Shown here piece by piece: positions 21,706 through 30,807 of a stretch of 32,000 bases of DNA. Where the stretch lies: assembly GCF_012911975.1 (NCBI RefSeq), contig NZ_SMDQ01000033.1:13533-45532 (forward strand). The letters are read 5' to 3'. The translations under genes and the position numbers were made by a program. Source of the DNA: Nodosilinea sp. P-1105. GTDB lineage: Bacteria > Cyanobacteriota > Cyanobacteriia > Phormidesmidales > Phormidesmidaceae. Below the pieces are notes generated by a model, which ran no database searches, was not told where the DNA came from, and was given only the letters and a program-made list of their open reading frames with translations. Each line of letters starts with the position of its first letter. Positions within the stretch are counted from its first letter, which is position 1.

Positions 21706-23253
21706 ATGGCCGCACAAACCTACATAATCGGGGTCGACATTGGCACCACCAACACCAAGGCGGTGCTGTTCACAGACACGGGGACGGTGGTGGGTAAAGC
21801 CCTGGCCACCTATCCGCTATATACGCCGGATGTAGCCACCGCCGAACAGGATCCCCAGGAAATTATGGCCGCCGTGGTTAAAACCGTGGGGCAGGTGATG
21901 CAGGCCCACAGCCTGGCCCCTGGGCAGGTGCTAGCCCTGGCCTTTAGTGCGGCCATGCACAGCCTGATTTTGGTGGATGGGGCCGATCAACCCATCACCC
22001 GCAGCATTACCTGGGCGGACAACCGCAGCGCCAGTTGGGAAAAGCGGATTGAGCGCACCATGAACGGCCACGCCATCTACCGCCGGACCGGCACCCCCAT
22101 TCACCCCATGTCGCCCCTGGTGAAGCTGGCCTGGTTGCGCCATGACCAACCTGACCTGATGCAGCGGGCCGCCCGCTTTATTTCCATCAAGGAATATGTT
22201 GTTTATCAGCTGCTGGGCCGCTATGTGATCGATCATGCCATCGCAGCCGCCATGGGCCTGTTGAACCTGGAGCAGCTGACCTGGGATGAGGACGCCCTGG
22301 CCGTGGCTGGGGTAAAGGCCAGTGCCCTCTCGGAACTGGTGCCCACCACGACGGTGCTGCGGGGGCTAAAACCGTCCCTGGCCAGCGCCATGGGCCTGGC
22401 GGTGGATACCCCCCTGGTGATTGGGGCCAGCGATGGGGTGCTGTCAAATCTGGGGGTGGGGGCCATTTCACCGGGGTTGGTGGCGGTGACCGTGGGCACC
22501 AGCGGGGCGGTGCGGGCGGTGGTCGATCGCCCCATGACCGATCCCCAGGAACGGCTGTTTTGCTACCCGTTGACCGAGCACCAGTGGGTGATTGGCGGAG
22601 CGGTGAATAACGGTGGCATTGCCCTGCGCTGGGTGCGAGACCAACTGGCGGATGCAGAGGTGGCCACCGCCAAACGCCTGGGCCAGGATGTGTATACCCT
22701 GCTGACGATGATGGCTCAGGCCGTGCCCCCCGGCGCCGAGGGGTTGCTGTTTCACCCGTACCTGATGGGAGAGCGATCGCCCCTGTGGGATGCCCAGGCT
22801 CGGGCCTCGTTCTTTGGCCTCAGTCTGAAACACACCAAGTCCCATATGGTGCGGGCAGTACTGGAGGGGATTGTGTACAACCTCTACCTGGTGCTCAAGG
22901 CTCTGGAAGATTTTGCCGGCCCCTCCCAACAAGTGCGGGCCACCGGGGGCTTTGCAGAATCGGCCCTGTGGCGACAAATGATGGCGGATATTTTTAACCG
23001 TGAGGTGACGATTCCAGAACATTATGAAAGTTCCTGCCTGGGAGCCGCGGTGCTGGGCCTGTATGCCCTAGGGCAGATTTCAGACCTGGCGGCGGTGACG
23101 ACAATGATTGGTGAGACCCATCGCCATGCCCCCAACCCGGAGGCTCAGGCGATTTACCAACAGGTGCTGCCCGTGTTTGAGCGGCTGGTGACGGTGTTTG
23201 CAGAGGAGTATGAGGCGATCGCCACCCTGCAAGACCAACTCAGTCACCCATAG
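21706..23253 (+). CDS. gntK: Gluconokinase (FGGY carbohydrate kinase family)
   Basis: Extensive similarity to B. subtilis GntK as recalled: 'IGVDIGTTNTKAVLF', 'YPLYTPDVATAEQDPQEI', 'ITWADNRS', 'YRRTGTPIHPMSPLVKLAWL', 'VIGASDGVLSNLGVGAI', 'WVIGGAVNNGGIALRWVRD', 'LLFHPYLMGERSPLWD', 'ATGGFAESALWRQMMADIF'. ATG 21706 preferred over TTG 21697. Confidence 0.9.
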   Translation: MAAQTYIIGVDIGTTNTKAVLFTDTGTVVGKALATYPLYTPDVATAEQDPQEIMAAVVKTVGQVMQAHSLAPGQVLALAFSAAMHSLILVDGADQPITRSITWADNRSASWEKRIERTMNGHAIYRRTGTPIHPMSPLVKLAWLRHDQPDLMQRAARFISIKEYVVYQLLGRYVIDHAIAAAMGLLNLEQLTWDEDALAVAGVKASALSELVPTTTVLRGLKPSLASAMGLAVDTPLVIGASDGVLSNLGVGAISPGLVAVTVGTSGAVRAVVDRPMTDPQERLFCYPLTEHQWVIGGAVNNGGIALRWVRDQLADAEVATAKRLGQDVYTLLTMMAQAVPPGAEGLLFHPYLMGERSPLWDAQARASFFGLSLKHTKSHMVRAVLEGIVYNLYLVLKALEDFAGPSQQVRATGGFAESALWRQMMADIFNREVTIPEHYESSCLGAAVLGLYALGQISDLAAVTTMIGETHRHAPNPEAQAIYQQVLPVFERLVTVFAEEYEAIATLQDQLSHP

Positions 23254-23625
23254 CCTGGCCACCATAGATCACTTAGATCACTAGTGCAGCGTCAAGTCTT
23301 AAACTGAGGGTTAGCAGATGTCGAGATTTGGTGGCATCAAGGTCCGAAATCCCCTCCTTTGGAGGCCTGCGCTGAGCGTGTCGAAGTGGGTAGGGGTGGG
23401 TCAAGCAAGCCCGGGGAACCCACCCCGCCCTCCGGGCACCCCTCCGTGGGAGGGGATGAAAGGTTCTGATGTGTTGAAGCAACCTCCCTGACGATAAAAG
23501 GCTTTTGCAAAGCACTTACCCTAATTTTTAGCCTTGACAGATCACGAGCCGATAGTCGGGGGAATACCATCCCCAGGGAGGGGATGTTAGCCTATAACAA
23601 CTGACATCTCCAAAAAGCAGGCACT

Positions 23626-24828
23626 ATGGTTGCAACTCCCGACGTCCTTCAGACGTCCGCATCGAATTCCCCCTCTTCCCCCGCTGGCGCTAGCCGGGTG
23701 GCCGTACTGTTGATGGGCTATGGCGAAGTCGAGAGCTACGACGACTTCGCCAACTACAACGAGCAGGCTCTGAACCTGCTGACGGCCAAGTTTGCCCCGG
23801 TGCCCACCTGGGTGTATCCCCCCCTGGCCAAATTACTAGCTGCCTTTGACCTGCACGAGTGGAGCCACCAGCACGGTAACTTTATTTCCCCCCACAATGC
23901 CATTTTCGAGGCCCAGCGGGCTGGCATTGAGGCTAATTTACAGGAGCGCTGGGGCGATCGCGTCAAGGTGTTCAAAGCCTTCAATTTTTGCAAGCCCTTC
24001 CTGCCCGACCAGGTGCTCGAGCAAGTCAAAGCAGAAGGGTTCGATAAGCTACTGATCTACCCGCTGCTGGTGGTGGACTCGATCTTTACCAGCGGCATTG
24101 CCATCGAGCAGGTGAACCAGGCTCTGGCTCAGTTGGCCGATGGCCGCGAGCACTGGGTGCAGGGTACCCGCTACATTCCGTCCTTTTTTGATCAGCCCGA
24201 CTATATTGACCATCTGGCCCACATGGTGGAGGCCAAGATCAACGATCACCTGGCGGTGGCCCACCTGCCCTCCCAAACCGGCATCGTGCTGATGAACCAC
24301 GGCTGCCCCCACGAAGCCAAAGGCTTTACCTCGGGCATTGACGAAAGCCAGAAATTGTATGACCGAGTACGGGACAAACTGATCCACAAGTATCCGTTGA
24401 TTTCTGTGGGCTGGCTGAACCACGACACGCCGCTAATCAAGTGGACCCAGCCCAATACCCACCTGGCGGCCCGCAACCTGATCGACCTGGGGGCCACTGC
24501 CCTGGTGTTTATGCCCATTGGCTTTGCCACCGAAAACCACGAGACCCTACTGGACGTGGAGCACATCATCGAATCCCTGCGGCGTAAGCGCCCGGATGTC
24601 ACCTATGTGCAAATGCCCTGCGTCAACGATGATCCAGCCTTCCTGGCCATGGCCGCCCGCTGGGCCGACCCGCAGATTGCGGACCTGCTAGAGGCAGATG
24701 CCCTGGTGGTGAATCCTACCCTGGCCGCCAGCCAGGCCGCAGCGGTGCACAGCCACCACGGTCACAGCCATGACCACCACCTCCATGGCCACAGCCACGA
24801 CCACGGGCATCACCACCATCACCACTAG
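23626..24828 (+). CDS. Ferrochelatase-family (class II chelatase) protein with C-terminal poly-His tail
   Basis: Ferrochelatase-like blocks 'VAVLLMGYGEVES', 'IVLMNHGCPH' (cf. SAHGLP), 'GWLNHDTPLIKWTQPNT', 'FMPIGFATENHETLLDVE' (cf. ISFVSEHIETL). The tail 'HSHHGHSHDHHLHGHSHDHGHHHHHH' is at 24748-24825. No CAB-like C-terminal helix as in cyanobacterial HemH. Confidence 0.75.
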   Translation: MVATPDVLQTSASNSPSSPAGASRVAVLLMGYGEVESYDDFANYNEQALNLLTAKFAPVPTWVYPPLAKLLAAFDLHEWSHQHGNFISPHNAIFEAQRAGIEANLQERWGDRVKVFKAFNFCKPFLPDQVLEQVKAEGFDKLLIYPLLVVDSIFTSGIAIEQVNQALAQLADGREHWVQGTRYIPSFFDQPDYIDHLAHMVEAKINDHLAVAHLPSQTGIVLMNHGCPHEAKGFTSGIDESQKLYDRVRDKLIHKYPLISVGWLNHDTPLIKWTQPNTHLAARNLIDLGATALVFMPIGFATENHETLLDVEHIIESLRRKRPDVTYVQMPCVNDDPAFLAMAARWADPQIADLLEADALVVNPTLAASQAAAVHSHHGHSHDHHLHGHSHDHGHHHHHH

Positions 24829-24866
24829 AGGTCTGTCAAACTAGACGTGATGGGGCAACAGGGGCT

Positions 24867-24913
24867 ACGGTTCACGGTAAACGGCTCGCCTTAAACCGTT
24901 TACCGTGAACCGT
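24867..24913 (+). terminator. Perfect 18-bp-stem hairpin 3' of the chelatase gene (member of the CGGTNNA hairpin repeat family)
   Basis: 'acggttcacggtaaacgg' (24867-24884) pairs perfectly with 'ccgtttaccgtgaaccgt' (24896-24913), with an 11-nt loop. The flank 'agacgtgatggggcaacaggggctacggttcacggt' parallels 10901-10936. Confidence 0.65.
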
Positions 24914-24968
24914 GAACCCCAAGTCACATCTGCCGTCGTGATTGTGTTGACTGAACCCTAGCTGGCCT

Positions 24969-25841
24969 ATGGAACCCTGCCGTCATCGCTTGCAAACCCC
25001 GACAGTGTCCCTGTCCTACCTCACCTGGGGGCAGGGGCCAACGGTCATGTTGCTGCATGGACTGGCCGATCATGGGTTGGTGTGGCAGCCGCTGGCGGAG
25101 GCCTTAGGGAGCCACTACCGTTGCCTGGCCCCGGACCTGCGCGGCCATGGGGACAGTGACAAACCTGACGACCCCGACGCCTACGATGCTCTCACCCTGG
25201 TGCAGGATTTAGAGGCGCTGGCGGTGAACGACCAAGGGGACAATGGGGCGATCGCGGTGGTAGCCCATTCCTGGGCGGCGAAGCTGGCCCTACTGTGGGC
25301 CCAGCACTATCCCCAACGGCTGCGGCAATTGATCCTGGTGGATCCCTTTTTCGTTAACCAATTGCCGGGGCTGTTTCGGCCCACCTTGCCGCTGCTGTAT
25401 CGGACCCTGCCGTTTTTGCAGGTGATGGGGCCGTTTGACAGCTACGAGACGGCCGCCGCAGTGGCCCGTTCCCTGAAGCAGTATCGGGGCTGGAGCCCCC
25501 ACCAACAAGCGGTCTTCCAGGGGGCGATGGAGCAAAAGCCCGATGGCCGCTGGGGTAGTAAGTTTGCGATCGCAGCCCGCAATGGGGTGTTCAACGATAT
25601 TCTGGACCGGGCTGGGCTCACCACTGACCTGGATGTACCGACCCTGTTGCTATTGCCCGAGCAAGGCCTGAACCGCCTGGCCTGGCAGCTGAAACCCTAT
25701 CGCACCCACCTGTCCAACCTGCAAATTCAGAGAATTCCCGGCAACCACTGGCCCCATTTAGTCCAGCCCGCCGCCGTTAACCAGGCCGTGGCCGATTACC
25801 TGACGCCTTCCACCACCGGGGTAGCAAAAGACTTGAGCTGA
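24969..25841 (+). CDS. Alpha/beta hydrolase fold protein
   Basis: 'VMLLHGLADHGLVWQPLAEALGSHYRCLAPDLRGHGDSD', nucleophile elbow 'VVAHSWAAKLAL', C-terminal 'IPGNHWPHLVQP' (catalytic His). Confidence 0.8.
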   Translation: MEPCRHRLQTPTVSLSYLTWGQGPTVMLLHGLADHGLVWQPLAEALGSHYRCLAPDLRGHGDSDKPDDPDAYDALTLVQDLEALAVNDQGDNGAIAVVAHSWAAKLALLWAQHYPQRLRQLILVDPFFVNQLPGLFRPTLPLLYRTLPFLQVMGPFDSYETAAAVARSLKQYRGWSPHQQAVFQGAMEQKPDGRWGSKFAIAARNGVFNDILDRAGLTTDLDVPTLLLLPEQGLNRLAWQLKPYRTHLSNLQIQRIPGNHWPHLVQPAAVNQAVADYLTPSTTGVAKDLS

Positions 25842-27571
25842 TCTAACCGGTTAGCGGGCATAGTCAGGTAAAGCACATCCCCGTCCAGCAGGACCCCGTC
25901 CAGCAGATCATAGCCATGCAGGGTGCGCTGCTGGCTTTCGATGTACAACGGCACCAGGTCGGCGGACTGAGCTACCGCTTGAATCGACTGGTTATGGAAC
26001 GGATGGTTAGGGGTAATCAACGTGGCTAGGGCCACCCAGAGGGTATCCCCCGCTAGACCATGGCCCAAAATTCGTCCTCCCAGGGCAGCGGCGGCAAAGG
26101 TAGGGGCCGCCAAGTCCATGGGGCTCAGCACCTGCTCAAAGCCAAACACCTGCTGCACCTGGTGAGCAAAGTCAGCGTCGTAGGTGCGCACCACAGCCAG
26201 TACCTTGGGGTTGACCGTGCGGGCAGTCAGGGCAATTTCCAGGTTGACGGTGTCATCGCTGGTTACCACCAAGATCGCCTCAGCCGCAGCGGCGTTCACC
26301 GTCTCCAGGGTAGAGGTCATGCTGGCGTCAGCAATAATCACCGGAATGCTGAGACCATGCACCGACGGCAAAAACCGATTGTGGGGGTCGCGCTCGACAA
26401 TCACCACCTGGTGACCGGTGTTGTGCAAGTGGGTGGCAATCCGGTAGCCTACCCCCCCTAAACCACAAATCACAAAGTGATGTTGGCGGGGCATGCGGGC
26501 CACGCTCAGCAGACTCTGAAAATGGGAGCCCAAAATAAAGTCATTGAGCAGGGCATAGCAAATGCCTATTACCCCGGCCCCCACCAGCATCATCACCGCT
26601 GTAAACACTTTCACCGGGGCAGAGGATTGCTCGGCCACCTGTTCCTGGCCCCCCGCCCCGGTAATCATCCCCACCGAAAAGTAGAGGGCATCCACCCAGG
26701 TGGTATCGAGGCTATACCAGAGGTAGGTGATGGTGGCCAAGCCAATGGTAATCAGCAGGGCCAAAATCACCAGCAGGGTAGCCTGCCCCCGCCGCCGTCC
26801 ATGGTTGAAAGTGTCCCGCAGGCGTTGCCAAAACTGGGCCACCTGGCGAGCTTGCAATACCGGCTGCTGCGGACGAGTGGCTAACACCAGGCGATCGCCG
26901 GGTTGCAGCACCTGTCCTGTGACCACCGCCGTCACCAAATCCAGGGGCTGCTGCGGCGAATGGTAGTGAATGAGCAGTTGAGAGCGGTTATTCCAGAGGG
27001 CTTTGAGGGGCTTGCCATTCCAGGGATGGGCAGTGTCAATCACTTCTTCGTACATGGGCCAGGTGAGGTCAAACAGCCGCAGTTGGCCAATGGCCCGATT
27101 ACCCTTGGCCGCAAAGGCAAATAAAGGCGCCGCCAGGGCGGCAGCACTGAGGCTGACATGGTGGGGCAGGGTATGGTCCAGGCGTTCCCCCAGGGTGATG
27201 TTGAACAGCCGGTTGATAATCCGAATCTGGGGATTCAACACCCTGGCCTGGGTTAGGATGGCCAGATTCAGGGCATCGTCGGAGGTGGCCAATACCAGGG
27301 TGTGGGCCTGGTGAATGCCAGCCTGGATCAGGGTCGCTGGCGATCGCAGTTCCCCCACCACAATCTCCCCGCCCGAGTCTGGCAGGGGGTGGTAGCTGAT
27401 GCCCACCACGCGAGCCCCTTGTTGACGCAGCAAGGTAAAGATACGTAATCCGGTACGCCCCAGGCCGCAGATAATAATCTGGGGCTGATCGGGCTGGGGC
27501 ACCACCAGAGGATCATCTAAAGACATCATGGCCATAGCCAGCAATTGCGAGAGTGCTACCCTTGTTGTCAA
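25796..27571 (-). CDS. Ion channel protein with RCK/TrkA-N domains on both sides of a 2-TM pore module
   Basis: Rossmann motifs 'IIICGLGRTGLRIF' and 'FVICGLGGVGYRIA'. Pore region 'VDALYFSVGMITGAGG' between the TM helices 'LLVILALLITIGLATITYLWY' and 'VFTAVMMLVGAGVIGICYALL'. The start is uncertain (TTG 27571 or ATG 27535). The 3' end overlaps the convergent hydrolase gene by 46 nt. Confidence 0.7.
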   Translation of the reverse strand: MTTRVALSQLLAMAMMSLDDPLVVPQPDQPQIIICGLGRTGLRIFTLLRQQGARVVGISYHPLPDSGGEIVVGELRSPATLIQAGIHQAHTLVLATSDDALNLAILTQARVLNPQIRIINRLFNITLGERLDHTLPHHVSLSAAALAAPLFAFAAKGNRAIGQLRLFDLTWPMYEEVIDTAHPWNGKPLKALWNNRSQLLIHYHSPQQPLDLVTAVVTGQVLQPGDRLVLATRPQQPVLQARQVAQFWQRLRDTFNHGRRRGQATLLVILALLITIGLATITYLWYSLDTTWVDALYFSVGMITGAGGQEQVAEQSSAPVKVFTAVMMLVGAGVIGICYALLNDFILGSHFQSLLSVARMPRQHHFVICGLGGVGYRIATHLHNTGHQVVIVERDPHNRFLPSVHGLSIPVIIADASMTSTLETVNAAAAEAILVVTSDDTVNLEIALTARTVNPKVLAVVRTYDADFAHQVQQVFGFEQVLSPMDLAAPTFAAAALGGRILGHGLAGDTLWVALATLITPNHPFHNQSIQAVAQSADLVPLYIESQQRTLHGYDLLDGVLLDGDVLYLTMPANRLDQLKSFATPVVEGVR

Positions 27572-27657
27572 CGCTGAGGGGTGCTGATTGCTGTAGCTTA
27601 GGGCACGTTGTCTTAAAAGTTTGAAGCTGATGCCTCCCTAGATATCGCCGAGAATGC

Positions 27658-27870
27658 CTACGTCCCAGGGGGGTCACCCACCTCTTCGCTGTTGCCTCGC
27701 ACGGGGGGCAGTTTTTCCACCAGGCCCATATTAAAGGCGGTGTCGGGCAGTTCTCCGGCTAAATACTTGCCGGGTTCAAACACCCGCCCGGGGGTAAAGC
27801 ACATCTGCCGCAACTCAACCACTTCAGTTTCCAAAAACATCGATCTAGACAGGCGTCTTTCCAAGGCCAT
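27658..27870 (-). CDS. Small conserved-looking hypothetical protein (70 aa) translationally coupled to raf1
   Basis: ATG preceded by 'aggaga', which overlaps the raf1 stop ('cta gat gaa tag gagacccc atg' on the minus strand). No family recognised. Confidence 0.5.
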   Translation of the reverse strand: MALERRLSRSMFLETEVVELRQMCFTPGRVFEPGKYLAGELPDTAFNMGLVEKLPPVRGNSEEVGDPPGT

Positions 27871-27879
27871 GGGGGTCTC

Positions 27880-28962
27880 CTATTCATCTAGCTGCCAGGG
27901 CTGACGGTTATAGTCTTCGTCTAAAATCCGCTTGGGTCGTAAAATTAGCACCACTTTGCCCAAAATTGGAGCGTCTATGGGGCTGGGTGACCAGTGCATC
28001 GTCAGCTGTTCTGCCTGGGCCACCAGGAAATAGCCATCGTCCTGCCACTCCCGGTTGGCCCGGTCCACAATCACCAGGACCGGTTCATCGGCGGCTTCGG
28101 CGGGGTAGTTTGGTAGCTGCCGCGCGCGGGTCAGCAATCCCACCGGATCTTCCGACTGGAAAATCACCTGCCAACCGGGCACCGCAATCCAGGCCCCAGT
28201 CCCACTAAAGGTGACCATGCCAAAGGGGTTTTCGGGCACAGCCACCGGCACCGCTTTGAGGTCATCAATGGTCAGCGGCATCTGCCCCACTACTGGAATA
28301 ATCCGGGGCAGGTCGGTTTCGGTTTCTAGACGATAAAGGGGCAGGGTGGGGGCAGGTTGTTCTTTGACCACGGTAAAGTCAGTTAGCAACGTTTCAATCT
28401 GCTGGCGAGCCCCATCACTGTCAGCGAATCGTAGCCCCTGGGCAATCAAGCGTGAGCGGTCTTGCAGGTCGTCTTTTTGGCGGGCTAACTTCCAGAAGTG
28501 AAACGCGATCGCATCTCCCGGTCCATCCCCAAACCCCGGCGGGTTTTCTTTACGGTAGGAATATTCCTTAACTGGCTTCACCAACTCCCGTACCTCATCG
28601 GCCTCTAGTCCATGTTTCAGGGTAAACTCAGCGACCCTAGCCCGATCCGCCTGGGACAATACCCGCAGCTCGTAGAGCAAATCACTGCCCCGCTGGTCAA
28701 AGTGGGCCTGGGCTTTGTCGCTGAGCCCCGCCTTGAGGATGGACTGATACACCTGCTCGGCCACCACAATTTGGTTCTGCTGGATGGGCTCGAACCCAGT
28801 TTCTTCAAAGATCTGCTGGGGTGTCAGCTTTGCCTGTTGCAAGGTTTGGCAGCCCTGGGCCCAGGCTACCCAAGTGCCTTGCTTGCGCCGCAGGCTCAAT
28901 AGAATCGTCTGCACCAGGTCTGGGTCAGGGGAAGGGGATGAACCGGGGGTAACCATGGTCAT
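27880..28962 (-). CDS. raf1: RuBisCO accumulation factor 1
   Basis: 'LLSLRRKQGTWVAWAQGCQTLQQAKLTPQQIFEETGFEPIQQNQIVVAEQVYQSI...HFDQRGSDLLYELRVLSQ' matches the highly conserved N-terminal domain of cyanobacterial Raf1. 360 aa is the expected size. Confidence 0.85.
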   Translation of the reverse strand: MTMVTPGSSPSPDPDLVQTILLSLRRKQGTWVAWAQGCQTLQQAKLTPQQIFEETGFEPIQQNQIVVAEQVYQSILKAGLSDKAQAHFDQRGSDLLYELRVLSQADRARVAEFTLKHGLEADEVRELVKPVKEYSYRKENPPGFGDGPGDAIAFHFWKLARQKDDLQDRSRLIAQGLRFADSDGARQQIETLLTDFTVVKEQPAPTLPLYRLETETDLPRIIPVVGQMPLTIDDLKAVPVAVPENPFGMVTFSGTGAWIAVPGWQVIFQSEDPVGLLTRARQLPNYPAEAADEPVLVIVDRANREWQDDGYFLVAQAEQLTMHWSPSPIDAPILGKVVLILRPKRILDEDYNRQPWQLDE

Positions 28963-29100
28963 AGCTTAACTACAAATGCGAATGTGCCCTTCCCTGACTC
29001 TAGCGTGGATGGCTGACCTTCATCACCATAAAAGGGGAAAGTTTGGGGTTGACGCCTATGCACCCTTTAGGCGATTATTAATGACGCGCTTGGCGCGCAG

Positions 29101-29173
29101 GGGGCTATAGCTCAGTTGGTAGAGCACTTGAATGGCATTCAAGGGGTCAGCGGTTCGAATCCGCTTAGCTCCA
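29101..29173 (+). tRNA. tRNA-Ala (anticodon GGC)
   Basis: Cloverleaf folded by hand. Acceptor stem GGGGCTA/TAGCTCC with the G3:U70 alanine identity pair. D-arm 'GCTCAGTTGGTAGAGC'. Anticodon stem CTTGA/TCAAG with loop 'ATGGCAT'. T-arm 'AGCGGTTCGAATCCGCT'. CCA is not encoded. Confidence 0.9.
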
Positions 29174-29247
29174 TCCTCATTTGAAAGAACTATGGTTAAT
29201 GGTTCTGTGAACTGAACCCAAGAATGGCTAGCTAAATAGAACAGTAA

Positions 29248-29577
29248 ATGGTTATGACCGACACTGCCCCCTGTCGCCGCTGGTTGGTCCAGGTGTGTCG
29301 GCACCGCTCCTGTCAGCGGCATGGCTCGGTGCAGGTACTGGCTGCATTTCGGCAGCATCAGTCCCGGTGGATTTTGGTGGCGGAAACGGGTTGCTTGGGG
29401 CAGTGCAGTTCTGGCCCCACCGTGCGGATCATGCCCGATGACACCTGGTATTGCCAGGTTACCCCCGAGGACGTGCCCCAAATTGTGGCACAACATTTGG
29501 GCCAGGGGCAACGATTGCGATCGCGGCTACATCCTCGCTTTCATCCCCCAGAGGGTCCCAACAGTCTGCCAGAATAA
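29248..29577 (+). CDS. Thioredoxin-like [2Fe-2S] ferredoxin domain protein
   Basis: Cys pattern 'VCRHRSCQRHG ... ETGCLGQCSSGPTVRI' (C-x4-C ... C-x3-C) and 'WYCQVTPEDVPQIV', typical of the NuoE-like 2Fe-2S family. Confidence 0.75.
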   Translation: MVMTDTAPCRRWLVQVCRHRSCQRHGSVQVLAAFRQHQSRWILVAETGCLGQCSSGPTVRIMPDDTWYCQVTPEDVPQIVAQHLGQGQRLRSRLHPRFHPPEGPNSLPE

Positions 29578-29581
29578 GGGT

Positions 29582-30766
29582 ATGGCCCATAACCCAGTGC
29601 TTTACAACCTGCTCTGCGATCGCATTCGTCAGTCGCCCCACCAGCGGCTACCCTTTGCCGGCTTTATGGATCTGGTGTTGTACCATCCCCAGGCAGGGTA
29701 TTACACCGCCAAAGGGTCCGGCCTCGGCCCCGACGGGGACTTTGTCACCTCGGCCCACCTGGGCCACGACTTTGGGGAACTCTTGGCGGTACAGCTCGCT
29801 GACTTGTGGCAGCTGTTGGGCGGCCCAACCTGCTTCGATGTGGTGGAACTGGGGGCCGGTCAGGGGCTGGTGGCTGCCGATGGTTTGGCCTACCTGGCCC
29901 AGCATTACCCCGCCTGCTACCAGGCGATCGCCTACACCATTGTCGAAAAATCCCCGGTTCTACGAGCGGTACAGCGGCAAAACTTGGGAACTTGGGGCGA
30001 TCGCGTCACCTGGGTCAACCTCGAGGATCTGGCCGATGACAGTCTTACGGGCTGTATCTTCTCCAATGAACTGGTGGATGCCTTGCCTGTCCATCAGGTG
30101 GTGCTCACCGCCGCTGGCCTCCAGGAAGTGTATGTGACCTTAGGGGCAGGGGAACCTGCTCCCCTGCAGGAGGTGGTGGGGGATCTCTCAAACCCACGGC
30201 TGGCCGACTACTTCGACTTTATCGGCGTCGATCTGGCCGATCCCCAGTACGGGGAAGGGTACCGTACCGAAGTCCACCTGGCGGCCCTAGACTGGATGAA
30301 AACCATTGCCGTGAAATTGCATCGGGGCTATGTGATCACCATCGACTATGGCTATCCCGCCAGCCGCTACTACAGCCGGGGTCGGTCCCAGGGCACCCTC
30401 CAGTGCTACTATCAGCACGCCCACCACAACGATCCCTACAGTCACATTGGCCACCAAGACATTACCGCCCACGTTAACTTCACGGCCCTAGAACGGCAGG
30501 GGCAGCAATGCGGCCTGCAGACGGTGGGGGTGACTCAGCAGGGAATGTTTTTGATGGCCCTAGGATTGGGCGATCGGCTCAATGCCCTGGCCGCCACCCA
30601 GGAGACCGATCCAGTGACGGTGCAGCGGGCGATTCAACAGCGCGATCGCCTCCACCAGCTGATTAGTCCCATGGGGTTAGGCAATTTTATGGTGTTGGTC
30701 CAGGGCAAAGCCGTACCCGACTCAGCGCCATTGCCCCAGGGGTTAACGGTACCGCCCTTAATATAA
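29582..30766 (+). CDS. Class I SAM-dependent methyltransferase (DUF185 / MidA / NDUFAF7-like)
   Basis: 'LPFAGFMDLVLYHPQAGYY', 'FVTSAHLGHDFGELLA', 'VELGAGQGLVAAD', 'GCIFSNELVDALPVH', 'HQDITAHVNFTAL'. ATG 29582 starts 5 nt after the ferredoxin stop. The upstream part of ORF 29321..30766 overlaps that gene and is rejected. Confidence 0.8.
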   Translation: MAHNPVLYNLLCDRIRQSPHQRLPFAGFMDLVLYHPQAGYYTAKGSGLGPDGDFVTSAHLGHDFGELLAVQLADLWQLLGGPTCFDVVELGAGQGLVAADGLAYLAQHYPACYQAIAYTIVEKSPVLRAVQRQNLGTWGDRVTWVNLEDLADDSLTGCIFSNELVDALPVHQVVLTAAGLQEVYVTLGAGEPAPLQEVVGDLSNPRLADYFDFIGVDLADPQYGEGYRTEVHLAALDWMKTIAVKLHRGYVITIDYGYPASRYYSRGRSQGTLQCYYQHAHHNDPYSHIGHQDITAHVNFTALERQGQQCGLQTVGVTQQGMFLMALGLGDRLNALAATQETDPVTVQRAIQQRDRLHQLISPMGLGNFMVLVQGKAVPDSAPLPQGLTVPPLI

Positions 30767-30807
30767 AGAATCCAGGCGTCAGGATTCAGGGAAAATCTGG
30801 CAAGACG

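Noticed and set aside
23273-23570. Two overlapping minus-strand ORFs (80 and 77 aa) upstream of the chelatase gene.
   Set aside because: Their products are Pro/Arg/Leu-rich low-complexity sequences generated by GC-rich hairpin DNA. The region is treated as a structured non-coding leader instead.
29056-29511. 151-aa minus-strand ORF overlapping tRNA-Ala and the ferredoxin gene.
   Set aside because: It spans a well-folded tRNA and runs antisense to a Cys-motif ferredoxin ORF. No motifs are present.
29321-29581. N-terminal 87 codons of the 481-aa ORF 29321..30766.
   Set aside because: This part overlaps the 2Fe-2S ferredoxin gene in another frame and is Trp/Arg/Cys-rich nonsense. The methyltransferase homology begins at ATG 29582 ('MAHNPVLYNLL').
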